From positions 7,884-71,883 of the forward strand of contig CAWCDQ010000012.1 of NCBI GenBank assembly GCA_963794305.1: DNA of 64,000 nt, in the 5' to 3' direction. Source of the stretch: an uncultured Acidobacteriota bacterium (GTDB lineage: Bacteria; Acidobacteriota; Vicinamibacteria; Vicinamibacterales; CAVVIG01). The notes beneath the pieces were generated by a model, which was not told where the DNA came from, searched no databases, and was given only the letters and a program-made list of their open reading frames with translations. Shown one piece after another: positions 1-10,370 of this stretch (positions within the stretch are counted from its first letter, which is position 1; every line of letters starts with the position of its first letter). Made by a program: the position numbers and the translations under genes.

Positions 1-1343
1 TTACGTCTGGTATCGCAAGGACGCGGACGGCAAGTTCGGGATGGGCGTTCGGCATGCCGGAGCGCGAAGAAGAGCCGCAGTACGTCGAGAACTTCGCGCT
101 CTACAACGCGCCTCCGGGCACGGTCCAGCACATGGGCGTGTACTTCTACGCGACGCCGGATGCTGGCGAGCCGACGCGTGAGGCGGTGATGGCGTTCACC
201 CACGACGACACGTTCAAGCCGGTCGCCGGCTACAAGACGTTCGTGAACCATTTCCACCTCGACTTCACCGGCCGTCAGCGGGCGTCGGGCTCGCTCGACA
301 GCCGTCCAGGATCTGATGGCCATGCGGGCGCTCGGGCTCAACATCATCGGCCTGAGCGATTTCCACTTCGAACTGCACCCGAACGATCCGGGGCCGGAGC
401 GGTTCGGGGATCAGAAGGACTACTTCGAGGCGACGCGGCGGGCGTCGGACACCGACTTCCTCGTCACGCCGTGGGAAGAGCCGAGCGCGTACTTCGGCGG
501 GCACTACAACATCATGTTCCCGAAGCGGAACGTCTACTGGTCGAAGGTGCGCCAGCCGGGCAGCCGTTCACGGAGACGGATCCGGTCTACGGCAAGGTCT
601 ATCACACCGGCAACGCCGAAGACGTCCAGAAGATGATGGACCCCGAGGGCGCGTACTGGTACCACGCGCATCCGCGCACCAAGGGAACCACCGGGTATCC
701 CGGATCTGATCTTCGACAAGCCGTGGGTGAAGAACGACCGGTATCTGGGCGTGGCGTTCAAGCCGGGCATGGGACAGGACCAGTCGGAGGCGCGGATGTG
801 CGAGTGGCGGTGCTTTGACGCCGTCGACACGATGAACAACCTGTATGCGGGCATCGGGGCTGCGGCCGAAGCACATCTTCGCGGACATCGACACCTATCG
901 AAAGGGTCCGGAAGACGATACGTATGCCAACTTCCCGGTGAACTACCTGAAGATCGACAAGGTGCCGGGGCCGGACGAGGACTGGAGCCCGATGCTGAAG
1001 TCGCTGCGCGACGGCGACTACTTCGTGACGACCGGCGAGATTCTCATCAAGGGCTACAGCGTGTCGGGGAGCGGCACGAAGCGGACGATCAACGCCGACG
1101 TCGAGTGGACCTACCCGTTGTCGTTCGTGGAAGTGGTCTGGGGCGACGGCAAGAAAATCGACCGCCAGATCATCTCGGCGACCGATCTCGGCGCCGTTCG
1201 GAACGAAGAAGTTTGCCATTCCGTTCGACGCCACCGGCAAGACGTGGGTGCGGTTTGCGGTGTGGGATTCGGCCGGCGACGGCGGCTTTGTTCAACCTGT
1301 CTGGCTGACGCAGCCGAAGCAGACCACGGCAGGTGGAAGGTAG
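1..1343 (+). CDS. conserved hypothetical protein (His-rich, possibly a metal-dependent hydrolase). The 5' end lies outside the window and the frame is broken about 6 times.
   Basis: A sensible continuous peptide appears only after stitching ORFs 54-818, 316-636, 727-1308, 845-1351 and a final unlisted frame. Fragments include ..FVNHFHLDFTG / LGLNIIGLSDFHFELHPNDPGPERF / AYWYHAHPRTKG / DGDYFVTTGEILIKGYSVSG / FAIPFDATGKTWVRFAVWDSAGDGGFVQPVWL. Stop TAG at 1341-1343. No family recognised with certainty. Confidence 0.4.
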
Positions 1344-1347
1344 GACG

Positions 1348-4330
1348 ATGACGAAACACATGTTACACGGCCGGCCGGGCTGGCTCTCTGCAAACCGCGT
1401 CCGCGGTCGCGTTGGGGTCGGCGCTGTGCACTGCGATGCTGGCTCTCTTTTTGGCGTTGCCCGCGTTCGCGCAGGGAAGCGCGGCGTCAGGCGTGATCAG
1501 CGGAACGATCAAAGACGAGTCCGGTGGCGCGTTACCCGGCGTCACCGCGACTTTGACGAGTCCGGCGCTGCAGGTCAGGCAAGTGGTGGCGGTGAGCGAC
1601 TCCGAAGGCAACTACAGGTTCGGAGAGCTACCCGTCGGCACGTTTCGCGTGATGTACGAGTTGCAGGGCTTTACGGCCTTCATCCGCGACGATCTCCGCC
1701 TGCCGATCGGCTTCTCGGCAAAGGTCGACGTGGTGATGAAGGTCGGGACGGTCTCGACGAGACCGTGACCGTCAGCGGGGCCTCTCCGGTGATCGATGTC
1801 GAGCTCCACCTCGACTTCGGTGAGCTTCACAAAGGAAACGCTCAACGAAATTCCCCGCGGGCAGGACCTGTCGATGATCTACAGCATGGCACCCGGCGTG
1901 ACCTTGGCGGGGACGCCCGATGTCGGCGGCAGCAACATGGCCAACCGACAGAACATCTCGGCCGGCGGCGTTGCGCTTCAGCCGCGGCTGCTCTTCGAGG
2001 GCCTCAACATCGTGCTGAGCGACGACCAGAATTCCGGCGTCTACTTCAACTCAGACTCGCTCGAGGAGACGACGATTCAGAACGTCGGGTAACGACGCGG
2101 AAGTCATGACGCCCGGCATCTCGATGGTGGCCGTGGTGAAGTCCGGTGGCAACAACTTCCATGGCCTGTTCAAGGTCGAAGACGAACCGCCGGCGCTGCA
2201 GTCGAACAACCTGGACGATCACCTTCGGTCGCAGGGTCTGACCGCCGTACAGCCGATCAAATCGTTCTACAACTGGCAGGGCGACATCGGTGGCCGACTG
2301 CTACGTGACAAGCTGTGGTTCTACGATGGCTACAGCACACAGCAGAAGAACACCGGGATTGCGGGGTTCGTGACGAATGCCGGGCCCTGATGGCGTCTAC
2401 CTCACGGGCGATGAGCCCATCGCCTACGCCCAGACCGGCATCTGGCAGGTATCGCAGAAGTACTCGTATCAGTTGTCGCAAAACAATCGTGTCAATTACG
2501 TGTGGCAGCGTGGCAACAAGTTCGTCGGGCAGGATGGTGCGGGCCAACTGAGGCCCCTCGAGGCGACCCAGGATTACACGAATCCGACATCGGTCAACCG
2601 CGGAGAGTTTCAGCACGTCGGCAGTCACTCCGTCTTCAACATCGTTGGCGGATACGCCGGCTGGTGGTCCGACTACTCGTCGGCCCGTCAGGCCGACAAG
2701 TACGGCTTCACGCTGACGCCGAGCCGGTTGGACTTGACGACGGGACTGGCCACCGGAGCGTCCAACCCGAACACCAAGCTGCGACCTCAGGATCGATTCG
2801 CCGTCGACGTCGGTTACACGTTGATGCCGCAGAATTTTCTTGGCGGCCATCACGAGTTCAAGGTCGGCCTGACGTACGAGCACGACCACGAGGCCTGGTG
2901 GTATCCGGCGAACCCGAACAGTCTAGGCGACTACGTCCTCCTCAATCAGACGGTACTCGGGAAGGCCAATACACCGGTTCAGATACGCCTCTATAACATG
3001 CCGGTGTACCCATCGGACATGGCACAGCTGTTCGGGATGTACATCAAGGACACGTGGCGCGTTTCCGATTCGTTGACGGCCAACCTCGGCATCCGCTGGG
3101 ACTACGACCACACGTATCTGCCGGCGCAGAATCACGACGCAAGTCCGGATTTCCCCACGGTCTGGCCGGCGGGCAACTATCCGTATCAGAGCCTGTCGAA
3201 ATGGACGCGTTTCTCACCGCGCTTCGGTGTGGCATGGGACCAGGGCAAACTCGGCGTCTTCAAGGCGTTCGCCGGGACCTTCGGCTACGTCTTCGGCGCG
3301 CAGCAGGGAATCCAGTTCAACCAGAACGCGCTCCAGTACGCCACGTTCAAATGGCACGACAACAACGGCGACAATTTGTATCAACCCGGCGAGGTCAACC
3401 CGGATCTGAACGGAGCCGACTTCGTCAGCGTGAACGGTGCCGTTGGCAACAAGATCACCGACTCCCTCAATCAACCGCTGTTCGTCGAGGCGAGCGGCAG
3501 CTACGAGCGGCAGTTGGCGCCCAGCGTGGGCTTCACCGCGTCATACGTCTACCGGCACGCGAGCGACGTGTATACGCTGCCGGGTCCGAACGTGCTGCGC
3601 CCGCCCAGTGCGTACAACATTCCGATCACGCGTAAGGATCCCGGCCCGGACGGGGTCCTTGGCACCGGCGACGACGGCGGCCCGATCACGTTCTTCGATT
3701 ACTCGCCGGCGTACCGCGGCATCGCGTTCGTGCAAAACACGGCGACTAACAGCCCGAACCCGAATTGGTTCCACACGATGGAGTTCACCGTCGTCAAGCG
3801 TCCCACCAAACGGTGGCAGGGGTCGGCGTCGATATTCTGGGTCAAGAATCATCGATGGACGACCAATACCTTCAACGCGCCGCAGGACGCGTACAACGCG
3901 CTGGATACGACCTGGTTCTGGTCGGCGAACTTCAACGTCAGCTACAATCTGCCGCGCGGTATCCTGCTCGCGGCGTCGATGACTGCCAAGCAGGGTGCTA
4001 CGGGATCGCGGTCCGTGCTCTTCGGCACCGCCGATCCAGCGGGCGGCACACCACTTACCCAACTGGGGACGGCATTGATCAACGTCACTCCGTTACGGAT
4101 CCATCCTCGGACCGCCTCTGAACGTCCTGAATCTGCGCGTTCAGAAGTGGTTCGGTGTCACACGCGATGCGCAGATCGGTCTTGCTTTCGATGTGTTCAA
4201 CGCCTTGAACTCGAACGCACCGAATGCGTACAACCTGCAATCAGGTCCGACGTATCTCTATGCGACCGGCGTCAACGGCGGCATTCTGCCGGCCCGCGTC
4301 GGACGGATTGGGCTCTCGTTCAAGTTCTAG
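1348..4330 (+). CDS. TonB-dependent outer-membrane receptor with N-terminal carboxypeptidase-regulatory-like domain (about 6 frame breaks)
   Basis: SD GGAAGG lies before ATG 1348; an alternative TTG start is at 1412. Signal peptide ..ALFLALPAFAQG. CarboxypepD_reg motifs: SGTIKDESGGALPGVTATLTS..SDSEGNYRFGELPVGTFRV. A long beta-barrel body follows in ORFs 1796-2092, 2106-2390 and 2377-~4095. The C-terminal aromatic end ..RVGRIGLSFKF sits in another frame, with stop at 4328-4330. Confidence 0.8.
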
Positions 4331-4433
4331 AAAGGGCTAACCGGGATGGCCGATTCGCTTCGCGTCGACCACCCGTATCTCCGCGCGCAGATCGGCCGAA
4401 CCACCACAGCGCAAGGATGGATGCCTCCGGCGT

Positions 4434-6569
4434 CTACTTGAGCGCCTCTTGCACGCGCCTGGCGGCTTCCGAAACCGGGTCGAGTCGCAGGGCTTCCCGG
4501 ATGTGCGCGCGCGCATCCGCGAGCCGGCCGAGATTGGCGTTGGCGACGGCAAGGCCGATATGCGGCGCCGCCTCGCGCGGGCTCAAGCGGACGGCCTCTT
4601 CCAGCTCGCTCATTGCCTCGGTCCATCGATGTTGGAGGTTCAGGGCCAAGCCAAGTTGGGAGTGTGCGGCGGCCAGGGCCTCGTTCGTCGAGACCGCCCG
4701 TCGCAGAAATGTTTCGGCCAGCCCGGCCTCCTGCAGCTGAAGCCCGAGCAGACCGAGCGCAAGCCACCGTTCGGCATCGTCGGGACGCGCCGGTGTGACC
4801 GTGCGGAGCACGCGAAGCGCTCCCTCGCGATCCCCGACGGCGCCGAGCGCGCGAACGAGGTCGTATCCGGCCTGATCCGGTCGAACGCCGGCGTCGAGCG
4901 CGCGACGGAGGTACGGGATCGCTTCCTGTGGACGCTCGCCGTCGAGGTAAGTTTCACCGAGCGCGTATTCAACGACCGGCTGGCCGGGATCGAGCGCGAG
5001 CGCCTGCCGGAAATGCGTGATCGCGGACGCCGACTGGTCGTGCACGAGCAGTTGCTGTCCGACGCGGAAGTGCACGACCCCAGGATGGGGATACACGGCA
5101 GCCGCGCGTTGGACCCAGTCCTCCGCTTCGCCGTACCGGCCCAGCGTCACCAGGCGTTCGGCCATCCGGATGCGCTCCTCGGCGACGCCATCGTCGAGCC
5201 GCAGCGGGCGGTTGGCCCAGACAAGTAGCGCCACGAAGACGGCGGCCGCGAGAGCGGCCGACGCTCTGCGGCGTCCGCCGACGCCAGTTACAAACGTGTC
5301 CAGCGCCGCGCCAGAGACGACGCACAGCGGCATCAGTATCGGGAGCTGGTAGCGGTCGGTCACGTAGAAGACCGCCATCGCCACGCCGTACGCCGGAACG
5401 AACGAGGCCCAGACGAAGTACTCGAGCCGCTTCGACGGCGGCGTCGCGACGGCAAGTCCCGTCAGTCCCAGAGGGATCAGGATCCACGGACCGACGATGA
5501 GCAGCCGCAGGAGCGTGTGGGCGTCGCGCGAGAAGAATGGGTAGCTATAGTTCAGCCAGATGTAGCCGGCGCTGAACATCAGCGCCAGCTTTCGACCGAA
5601 CAGCGCTGCTGCCTGCAGCGGATGCTCGCGGATCCAGGTCAACCCGAGCATGTAGAAGAACCACGAGACCTCGCCATCGTCGAGCGGGCGGCCGACAGCC
5701 TGTTCGGCGAACCGGCGCGTGTCTTCCTGCTGTCCTTTCATGTTCGGCGTGATGCCGGGTACCGGCTGATACGTACCGTCGGCGCCGGGGTTGTTGCCCA
5801 CGTAGAAGTTCAGCCCGCCGTGCGACGACGTCACGGGTGACCAGTAGCCCGACACGGTGATGTTGCGAAACGTCACGGGGGCGAGCGCGAGCGACGCGCC
5901 GAGAGCGAACGCGGCCGCGAGCCGCCACCGTCGTACGACGATGAAAAAGAGGGCCACGACCCCGGCGGGAATCGCGACGTTTGGACGGTTGCACGCCTGG
6001 ATCCCGTAGAGCAGGCCTGTGAGGAGAGTCCATCGCCAGTCACTGCGTTTCAGGGCCAGCGCCAGGCAGGCGATCGTGGCGGCGGTAAGGACCGGATCGA
6101 GCGATGCCTGGAGGAGCAGCAGCTCGTAGAACGTGAAGAGGCCGGTGAGCGCCGCAAGCGCCGCCGCGAGCCATGCCGCCCGGCGGCCGAACCATTCGTT
6201 GGCAGCCACGTAGACGAACGCCACGGCGGCCGTGCCAAGCGCGCTCTGCACGACTCGCACCGCGGTGAACGAATGCGACACGATCAGCACCGTGGCGAGA
6301 AAATAGATGTAGAGGGGGGACAGGAAATAGAGGCCCGGGCCCAGACCGAGGTCGCCGCCCGCCACGCGTTCAGCGAGTTCGACGTACGCCGTCGTGTCGA
6401 GGCCTGCGTCGGGCTGCGTCAACACGTGGTCCTTCAGCTGCCACATGACCGCGAGCTTGAGCGCGAACACCGCGGCGAGAAAGAGACACAGCTTCGCGCC
6501 GTTCCGCGACGCGAGGCCCTCCGCGCGCCGTGGCCGTGCGGCGGCTCGCGCCCGTTCGCCTTTCACCAC
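4434..6569 (-). CDS. GT-C family (GT39 / ArnT-PMT-like) membrane glycosyltransferase with C-terminal TPR domain
   Basis: Intact 711-aa ORF with a GTG start. The N-terminal approximately 450 aa are polytopic membrane protein of the dolichyl/undecaprenyl-phosphate-sugar transferase type. The C-terminal approximately 250 aa are TPR repeats (..ALGETYLDGERPQEAIPYLRRALD.., ..HSQLGLALNLQHRWTEAMSELEEAVRLSP..). Confidence 0.85.
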   Translation of the reverse strand: MVKGERARAAARPRRAEGLASRNGAKLCLFLAAVFALKLAVMWQLKDHVLTQPDAGLDTTAYVELAERVAGGDLGLGPGLYFLSPLYIYFLATVLIVSHSFTAVRVVQSALGTAAVAFVYVAANEWFGRRAAWLAAALAALTGLFTFYELLLLQASLDPVLTAATIACLALALKRSDWRWTLLTGLLYGIQACNRPNVAIPAGVVALFFIVVRRWRLAAAFALGASLALAPVTFRNITVSGYWSPVTSSHGGLNFYVGNNPGADGTYQPVPGITPNMKGQQEDTRRFAEQAVGRPLDDGEVSWFFYMLGLTWIREHPLQAAALFGRKLALMFSAGYIWLNYSYPFFSRDAHTLLRLLIVGPWILIPLGLTGLAVATPPSKRLEYFVWASFVPAYGVAMAVFYVTDRYQLPILMPLCVVSGAALDTFVTGVGGRRRASAALAAAVFVALLVWANRPLRLDDGVAEERIRMAERLVTLGRYGEAEDWVQRAAAVYPHPGVVHFRVGQQLLVHDQSASAITHFRQALALDPGQPVVEYALGETYLDGERPQEAIPYLRRALDAGVRPDQAGYDLVRALGAVGDREGALRVLRTVTPARPDDAERWLALGLLGLQLQEAGLAETFLRRAVSTNEALAAAHSQLGLALNLQHRWTEAMSELEEAVRLSPREAAPHIGLAVANANLGRLADARAHIREALRLDPVSEAARRVQEALK

Positions 6570-6572
6570 CGG

Positions 6573-6857
6573 TCAGCCCTCGGGATCGGCTTCATGCGCG
6601 ACGATGCGAGCGCGACTAGCGGCAGGCGTCATGGATCTCTTCGAGCGTTTGATGAAGGGTATGGCCGCAGGTCCACGCGTCTGCTCGTCTATCCCGTCGT
6701 GAACGGGTGCGTCGGTGGCAGGTCCCACCGGCGCTCGAGCTCGACGAGGGGAGCGTATGTCGTTGTCGATGTCGACCTCGAAGCCGCGGCAGACGAACCA
6801 GCGCACCGCTTCCGAACCGATCAGTCCGGCGGATCCCGTGATGACCGCGACCGACAT
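6573..6857 (-). pseudogene. remnant of an NAD-dependent epimerase/dehydratase
   Basis: The first approximately 35 codons are a clean Rossmann N-terminus ([33 protein letters not shown]). The rest of the 94-aa ORF is low-complexity nonsense. A different frame ends with an epimerase-like tail (..[12 protein letters not shown]). A full-length enzyme would be about 330 aa, but only 285 bp lie between the flanking genes. Confidence 0.4.
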
Positions 6858-6863
6858 GCCCCG

Positions 6864-8363
6864 TCAGTAGCCGCCCCGGAGACGCAGACCCGCGGCCAGG
6901 CACATGCGCAACATGATAAGGCCGTTTTCCACGACGCTGATCATCTTGCTCACGCCGTACACGCGCTCCCGGTAGTGCACGGGCATGTCGACAATCGCCA
7001 GCTGCCGGCGGGACGCGCCGAACAGCAGCTCGTAGTCGCCCCAGCGATCCTCGACGCCCCAGGAGCCGACGAGCGGCTCGATGCGCTCCCAGTCTCGCCG
7101 CCACAGCGCCTTCGTCCCACAAAGCGTGTCCTTGACGTGCTGATCGAGCAGGTAGGAGAAAAGGTGGCTGAACATCTTGTTCGCGACCATGTTCGTGAAC
7201 TTCATCGCGGCCTTCGGCAGTGGATAGACCAGACGCGATCCGTTGACGAACTCGGCCCGCCGCTCGGTCAGCGCAAGGATGAACTGCGGCAGCTCCTCGG
7301 GTCTGACCGTGAGATCGCCATCGAGGATCACGAGGATGTCGCCGCGGCTGGCTCGAAAACCGGTCCAGACATTCCGCGCCTTGGAGATCGCGGGTCCCTC
7401 CACCAAGCGGATGTCCCGTCGCGGATACTGCTCTCGCAGGCGCCGGATCTCGTCGGCGGTGCCGTCGGTCGACCGGTCGTCGCAGAACACGATTTCGGTG
7501 TGGCGGCCGAGCTCCGGAATCCGCTCGACGGCCGAGGCGATGTTCCCGCGCTCGTTGCGGCATGGGACGACGACCGACACGCTGACGCTCTCCGGCGGCA
7601 CCGGCTGCGGCTCACGGCGGGCGACGATCACCGACACCAGGCACAGCCTCGAGAGCACCGGCATCCGGGCCAGGACCCGGTTGCAGAACTCCGACAGGAG
7701 CGGAATCTTCCTGGGGACCAGAATCAGGCGATATGTGCGCAGGGTGTTGAACCCGGCGAGCGCGAGCAGCCCGCGTACGTCGTGTTCGGACAGCCAGTTC
7801 GGCTCCAGCACCTGCATGCGAAGGCCGAGCGCTTCGGCCCATTCGAGCGCCGGCTGCCAGAGGCGGTTGTAGCTATAAACCAGGACGCGCGTGTGCGCCT
7901 CGCAAAGCGGAGTCAGGCGTCTCAGCGAGGCGAGCACGTCCACGGTGTCGCAGAGATCGTTCACGAGGACGTAGTCGAACGGTCCCGCCGTTTCAAGGGA
8001 TTCCGGATCCGACTGCAGGAAGGTAAACCGGGGATAACGAGCTCTGGCCACGTCGACGAGTGCCTGGCTGATTTCGACGCCGACGCCGTAGGACGGCTCC
8101 ACCGCGTCAAGCAAGTGGCCTGTTTGACAGCGGATGTTCAGGACACGCTTGCCCGGTTCGACAATGAAACGCAATGCGCGGCGAACGTGTCCGTAATAGT
8201 AGGCGTTCCGGTCGATCCAGCTCTGGCGCCGCGCCGCCAGTTGCGACTGATGCCGGCGACGGGCTTCCCGGCTGTTCTCGAGCGCGTCCAAGCCCGAGGC
8301 CGGTGTCGTCTCTGTTCCAAGGGAGCCCGGCGAACTCCGGTCAGATGGCGATGATGCTGGCAT
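6864..8363 (-). CDS. bifunctional class I SAM-dependent methyltransferase / family 2 glycosyltransferase (polyprenyl-phosphate sugar synthase-like)
   Basis: Intact 499-aa ORF. The N-terminal half carries a methyltransferase fold (VLNIRCQTGHLLDAVEPSYGVGVEIS..FDYVLVNDL). The C-terminal half carries GT2 motifs (VSVVVPCRNERGNI..VFCDDRSTDGT..ILVILDGDLT). Confidence 0.85.
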   Translation of the reverse strand: MPASSPSDRSSPGSLGTETTPASGLDALENSREARRRHQSQLAARRQSWIDRNAYYYGHVRRALRFIVEPGKRVLNIRCQTGHLLDAVEPSYGVGVEISQALVDVARARYPRFTFLQSDPESLETAGPFDYVLVNDLCDTVDVLASLRRLTPLCEAHTRVLVYSYNRLWQPALEWAEALGLRMQVLEPNWLSEHDVRGLLALAGFNTLRTYRLILVPRKIPLLSEFCNRVLARMPVLSRLCLVSVIVARREPQPVPPESVSVSVVVPCRNERGNIASAVERIPELGRHTEIVFCDDRSTDGTADEIRRLREQYPRRDIRLVEGPAISKARNVWTGFRASRGDILVILDGDLTVRPEELPQFILALTERRAEFVNGSRLVYPLPKAAMKFTNMVANKMFSHLFSYLLDQHVKDTLCGTKALWRRDWERIEPLVGSWGVEDRWGDYELLFGASRRQLAIVDMPVHYRERVYGVSKMISVVENGLIMLRMCLAAGLRLRGGY

Positions 8364-8469
8364 GTCCGCCGTTCGGGTTCAGGCTTGCCTCAAGGCCCGA
8401 TCAATATACGCCATGCGCAAGTTGCCGGCAGCAATTGACGGACCGGTCTCGACAAGATGGTCGTACGGG

Positions 8470-8694
8470 TCACTTCTCTCTGCGTTTGTGTTCGGCGACC
8501 GCGAGCTTTTCGCGCAGGTCCGCCGCCTGTTGGTCGAGGAGCCGCTGATTGAGCTGTGCGGCCGCTTCCCGGTCTTCGGGCATCGCCCGCGGACCCACGA
8601 CGCCTCCGAGGAGGGCGAGGCCCTTTGCGACGAGCTTGTATTCCTTCTCGGTGAACTTCACGCTGTAGGTGATCGCGGTGCTGATCTCAGCCAT
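8470..8694 (-). CDS. small hypothetical protein (74 aa, helical/coiled C-terminus)
   Basis: ATG at 8694 is preceded by GAGG at a 6-nt spacing. It is on the same strand as, and immediately upstream of, the MT-GT2 gene. Sequence MAEISTAITYSVKFTEKEYKLVAKGL..; no recognised family. Confidence 0.45.
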   Translation of the reverse strand: MAEISTAITYSVKFTEKEYKLVAKGLALLGGVVGPRAMPEDREAAAQLNQRLLDQQAADLREKLAVAEHKRREK

Positions 8695-8828
8695 GTATCG
8701 CCTCAATGATTCTGGAATGTGGCCTCCGCGCGGTCCGCTCGCCGATCTTCGGCGTCACGCCACGGCCGGACGGCGTGCCAGCAGTCGTCTCACTCTTCTC
8801 GGTGGATTCTCGAACTATGAACGGCGTG

Positions 8829-9146
8829 TCAGAACATCCGCGACAGCGACGCGAGCCCGCCAAACAGTGTCCCGGCGACGATACCGATGGCGGACACGAC
8901 GGCGACCAGAAGGATCAGGGCGGGCACGGAGGCGAGCGCCCACTTCACCATGAGCTTGACCATCGACCGGAACGGCATGTCCACGTTGATGACGCTCACG
9001 CGCATCGGCGTGGGAAGCGGCGCGGGCGGCGGCGTGACACGGTCCTGGGCAAAGAACGGGCGCTCACACTTCTGGCATTGCATCGCCCTGGGGTCATTGA
9101 ACACACTGCACGACGGACACTGGATGAGCGGTAACGGTCGCGTCAC
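8829..9146 (-). CDS. zinc-ribbon membrane protein (105 aa)
   Basis: GTG start at 9146 with a strong SD (AAGGAG, 6-nt spacer). CxxC..CxxC ribbon (CPSCSVF..CQKCERPF), a Pro-rich linker, and a C-terminal TM segment (ALASVPALILLVAVVSAIGIVAGTLFGGL). Confidence 0.55.
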   Translation of the reverse strand: MTRPLPLIQCPSCSVFNDPRAMQCQKCERPFFAQDRVTPPPAPLPTPMRVSVINVDMPFRSMVKLMVKWALASVPALILLVAVVSAIGIVAGTLFGGLASLSRMF

Positions 9147-9350
9147 GGTCTTCTCCTTCGCCGACCGCCTCTGGCGGACGGCGCTTCTGCGTTGGCGACT
9201 CCCTGCTCAGGAGTGCGAATGGTCGCTGTGAAGGCAAAGCAGCGCGGTGAACGCCTTGACATACCCTCATTGGACCATCGAGCTGGCGGACGGCAGATGA
9301 CGGGACGGGCCAATCGATTGACATTCGCGGCCGCACGATGGAACTGCTAG

Positions 9351-10370
9351 ATGGCCGGTAACTTACGAGCGCGTGGACCGTCGGTTCAGACCTGGGTGTT
9401 TCCTCACCTGATCGCGTGGCTGGAGAGTCAGCGCATCGACGCGGCGCCCATCAGCCGACTGCCTGGCATGGTCGGCAACGATCCCGATCGGCGCGTGTCC
9501 GAATCGACAGCCGAAGTCGCGTGGCGCCTCGCAGCGACCATGACCAACGACGCCGCCATCGGCGTGCATGTCGCCGAGTGGCTTCCGCGGGGCGCGCTCG
9601 ATTTGATCGAATATGCGGTCCGGTCGAGTCCCTCGCTCGCATCAGGCCTCGAACGGTTCGCGCGCTATGGCTGTCTGGTGAGCGACCGCGTCGCTGCGCG
9701 AACCGAATCGAACGACAGTGGGCTGCAGCTGATCATCCGCGACGTCGGCTCGTCGGTGCTGCATCCGGCGCGAGCGGAGTTCGCGCTGGCGCTCGCGTTG
9801 AAGCTCGCCCGCGATGTCACCGGAGTCTCGATCGTTCCGGTCCAGGTGGCCTTCGCTCATCATCGCCCTGACGACGTGTCAGCGCATCAGCGGTTCTTCC
9901 GTGTCCCCGTCCGTTTCGCCGCCGGGACCAATACGATGATCGTGAGCGCCGTCGACGCGGCGCGGCCACTGCCCGGAGCGGATGCCGCGCTGTCGACCAT
10001 CGTACGGCGACGGTTGGATCAGGTGCTTCCAGATGCGGTTCTGCCGACGTCTGCCTCGTTGAGCGCTCGCGTTCGGCGGATGCTGGTGGAGGATCTCGGG
10101 CAGACGACGCTCACCGCCGATTCAGTCGCAAAAGCGCTCGCGATGAGCAGACGAACCTTGACGCGTCGCCTCGGCGAGGAGGGCACGTCGTTCCGTGCCC
10201 TCCTGGACGATGTGCGCGCGGAGCTCTCGCGGGCGCTGCTGCAGGATCGAAGTTTGAGCATCGCCGATGTGGCGTTCTTCCTTCAGTACTCCGAGCCCGC
10301 GGCGTTTCATCGATCGTTTCGACGCTGGACGGGTCAGACGCCGCAGAATTACCGAGGATCCGATGCCTGA
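9351..10370 (+). CDS. AraC family transcriptional regulator
   Basis: Intact 339 aa. N-terminal AraC-type ligand-binding region and a C-terminal double HTH (..LTADSVAKALAMSRRTLTRRLGEEGTSFRALLDDVR..IADVAFFLQYSEPAAFHRSFRRWTGQTP). Confidence 0.85.
   Translation: MAGNLRARGPSVQTWVFPHLIAWLESQRIDAAPISRLPGMVGNDPDRRVSESTAEVAWRLAATMTNDAAIGVHVAEWLPRGALDLIEYAVRSSPSLASGLERFARYGCLVSDRVAARTESNDSGLQLIIRDVGSSVLHPARAEFALALALKLARDVTGVSIVPVQVAFAHHRPDDVSAHQRFFRVPVRFAAGTNTMIVSAVDAARPLPGADAALSTIVRRRLDQVLPDAVLPTSASLSARVRRMLVEDLGQTTLTADSVAKALAMSRRTLTRRLGEEGTSFRALLDDVRAELSRALLQDRSLSIADVAFFLQYSEPAAFHRSFRRWTGQTPQNYRGSDA

Noticed and set aside
4095-4740. 3' part of ORF 2377-4740
   Set aside because: After about 4095 the peptide turns into Arg/Ser-rich nonsense that overlaps the convergent GT39 gene. 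The receptor continues in another frame to a canonical ..LSFKF end at 4330.
6273-8354. 693-aa plus-strand ORF
   Set aside because: It is exactly antisense to the well-supported MT-GT2 gene. The translation is Arg/His/Asp/Gly-rich without motifs. This is a typical shadow ORF of high-GC DNA.
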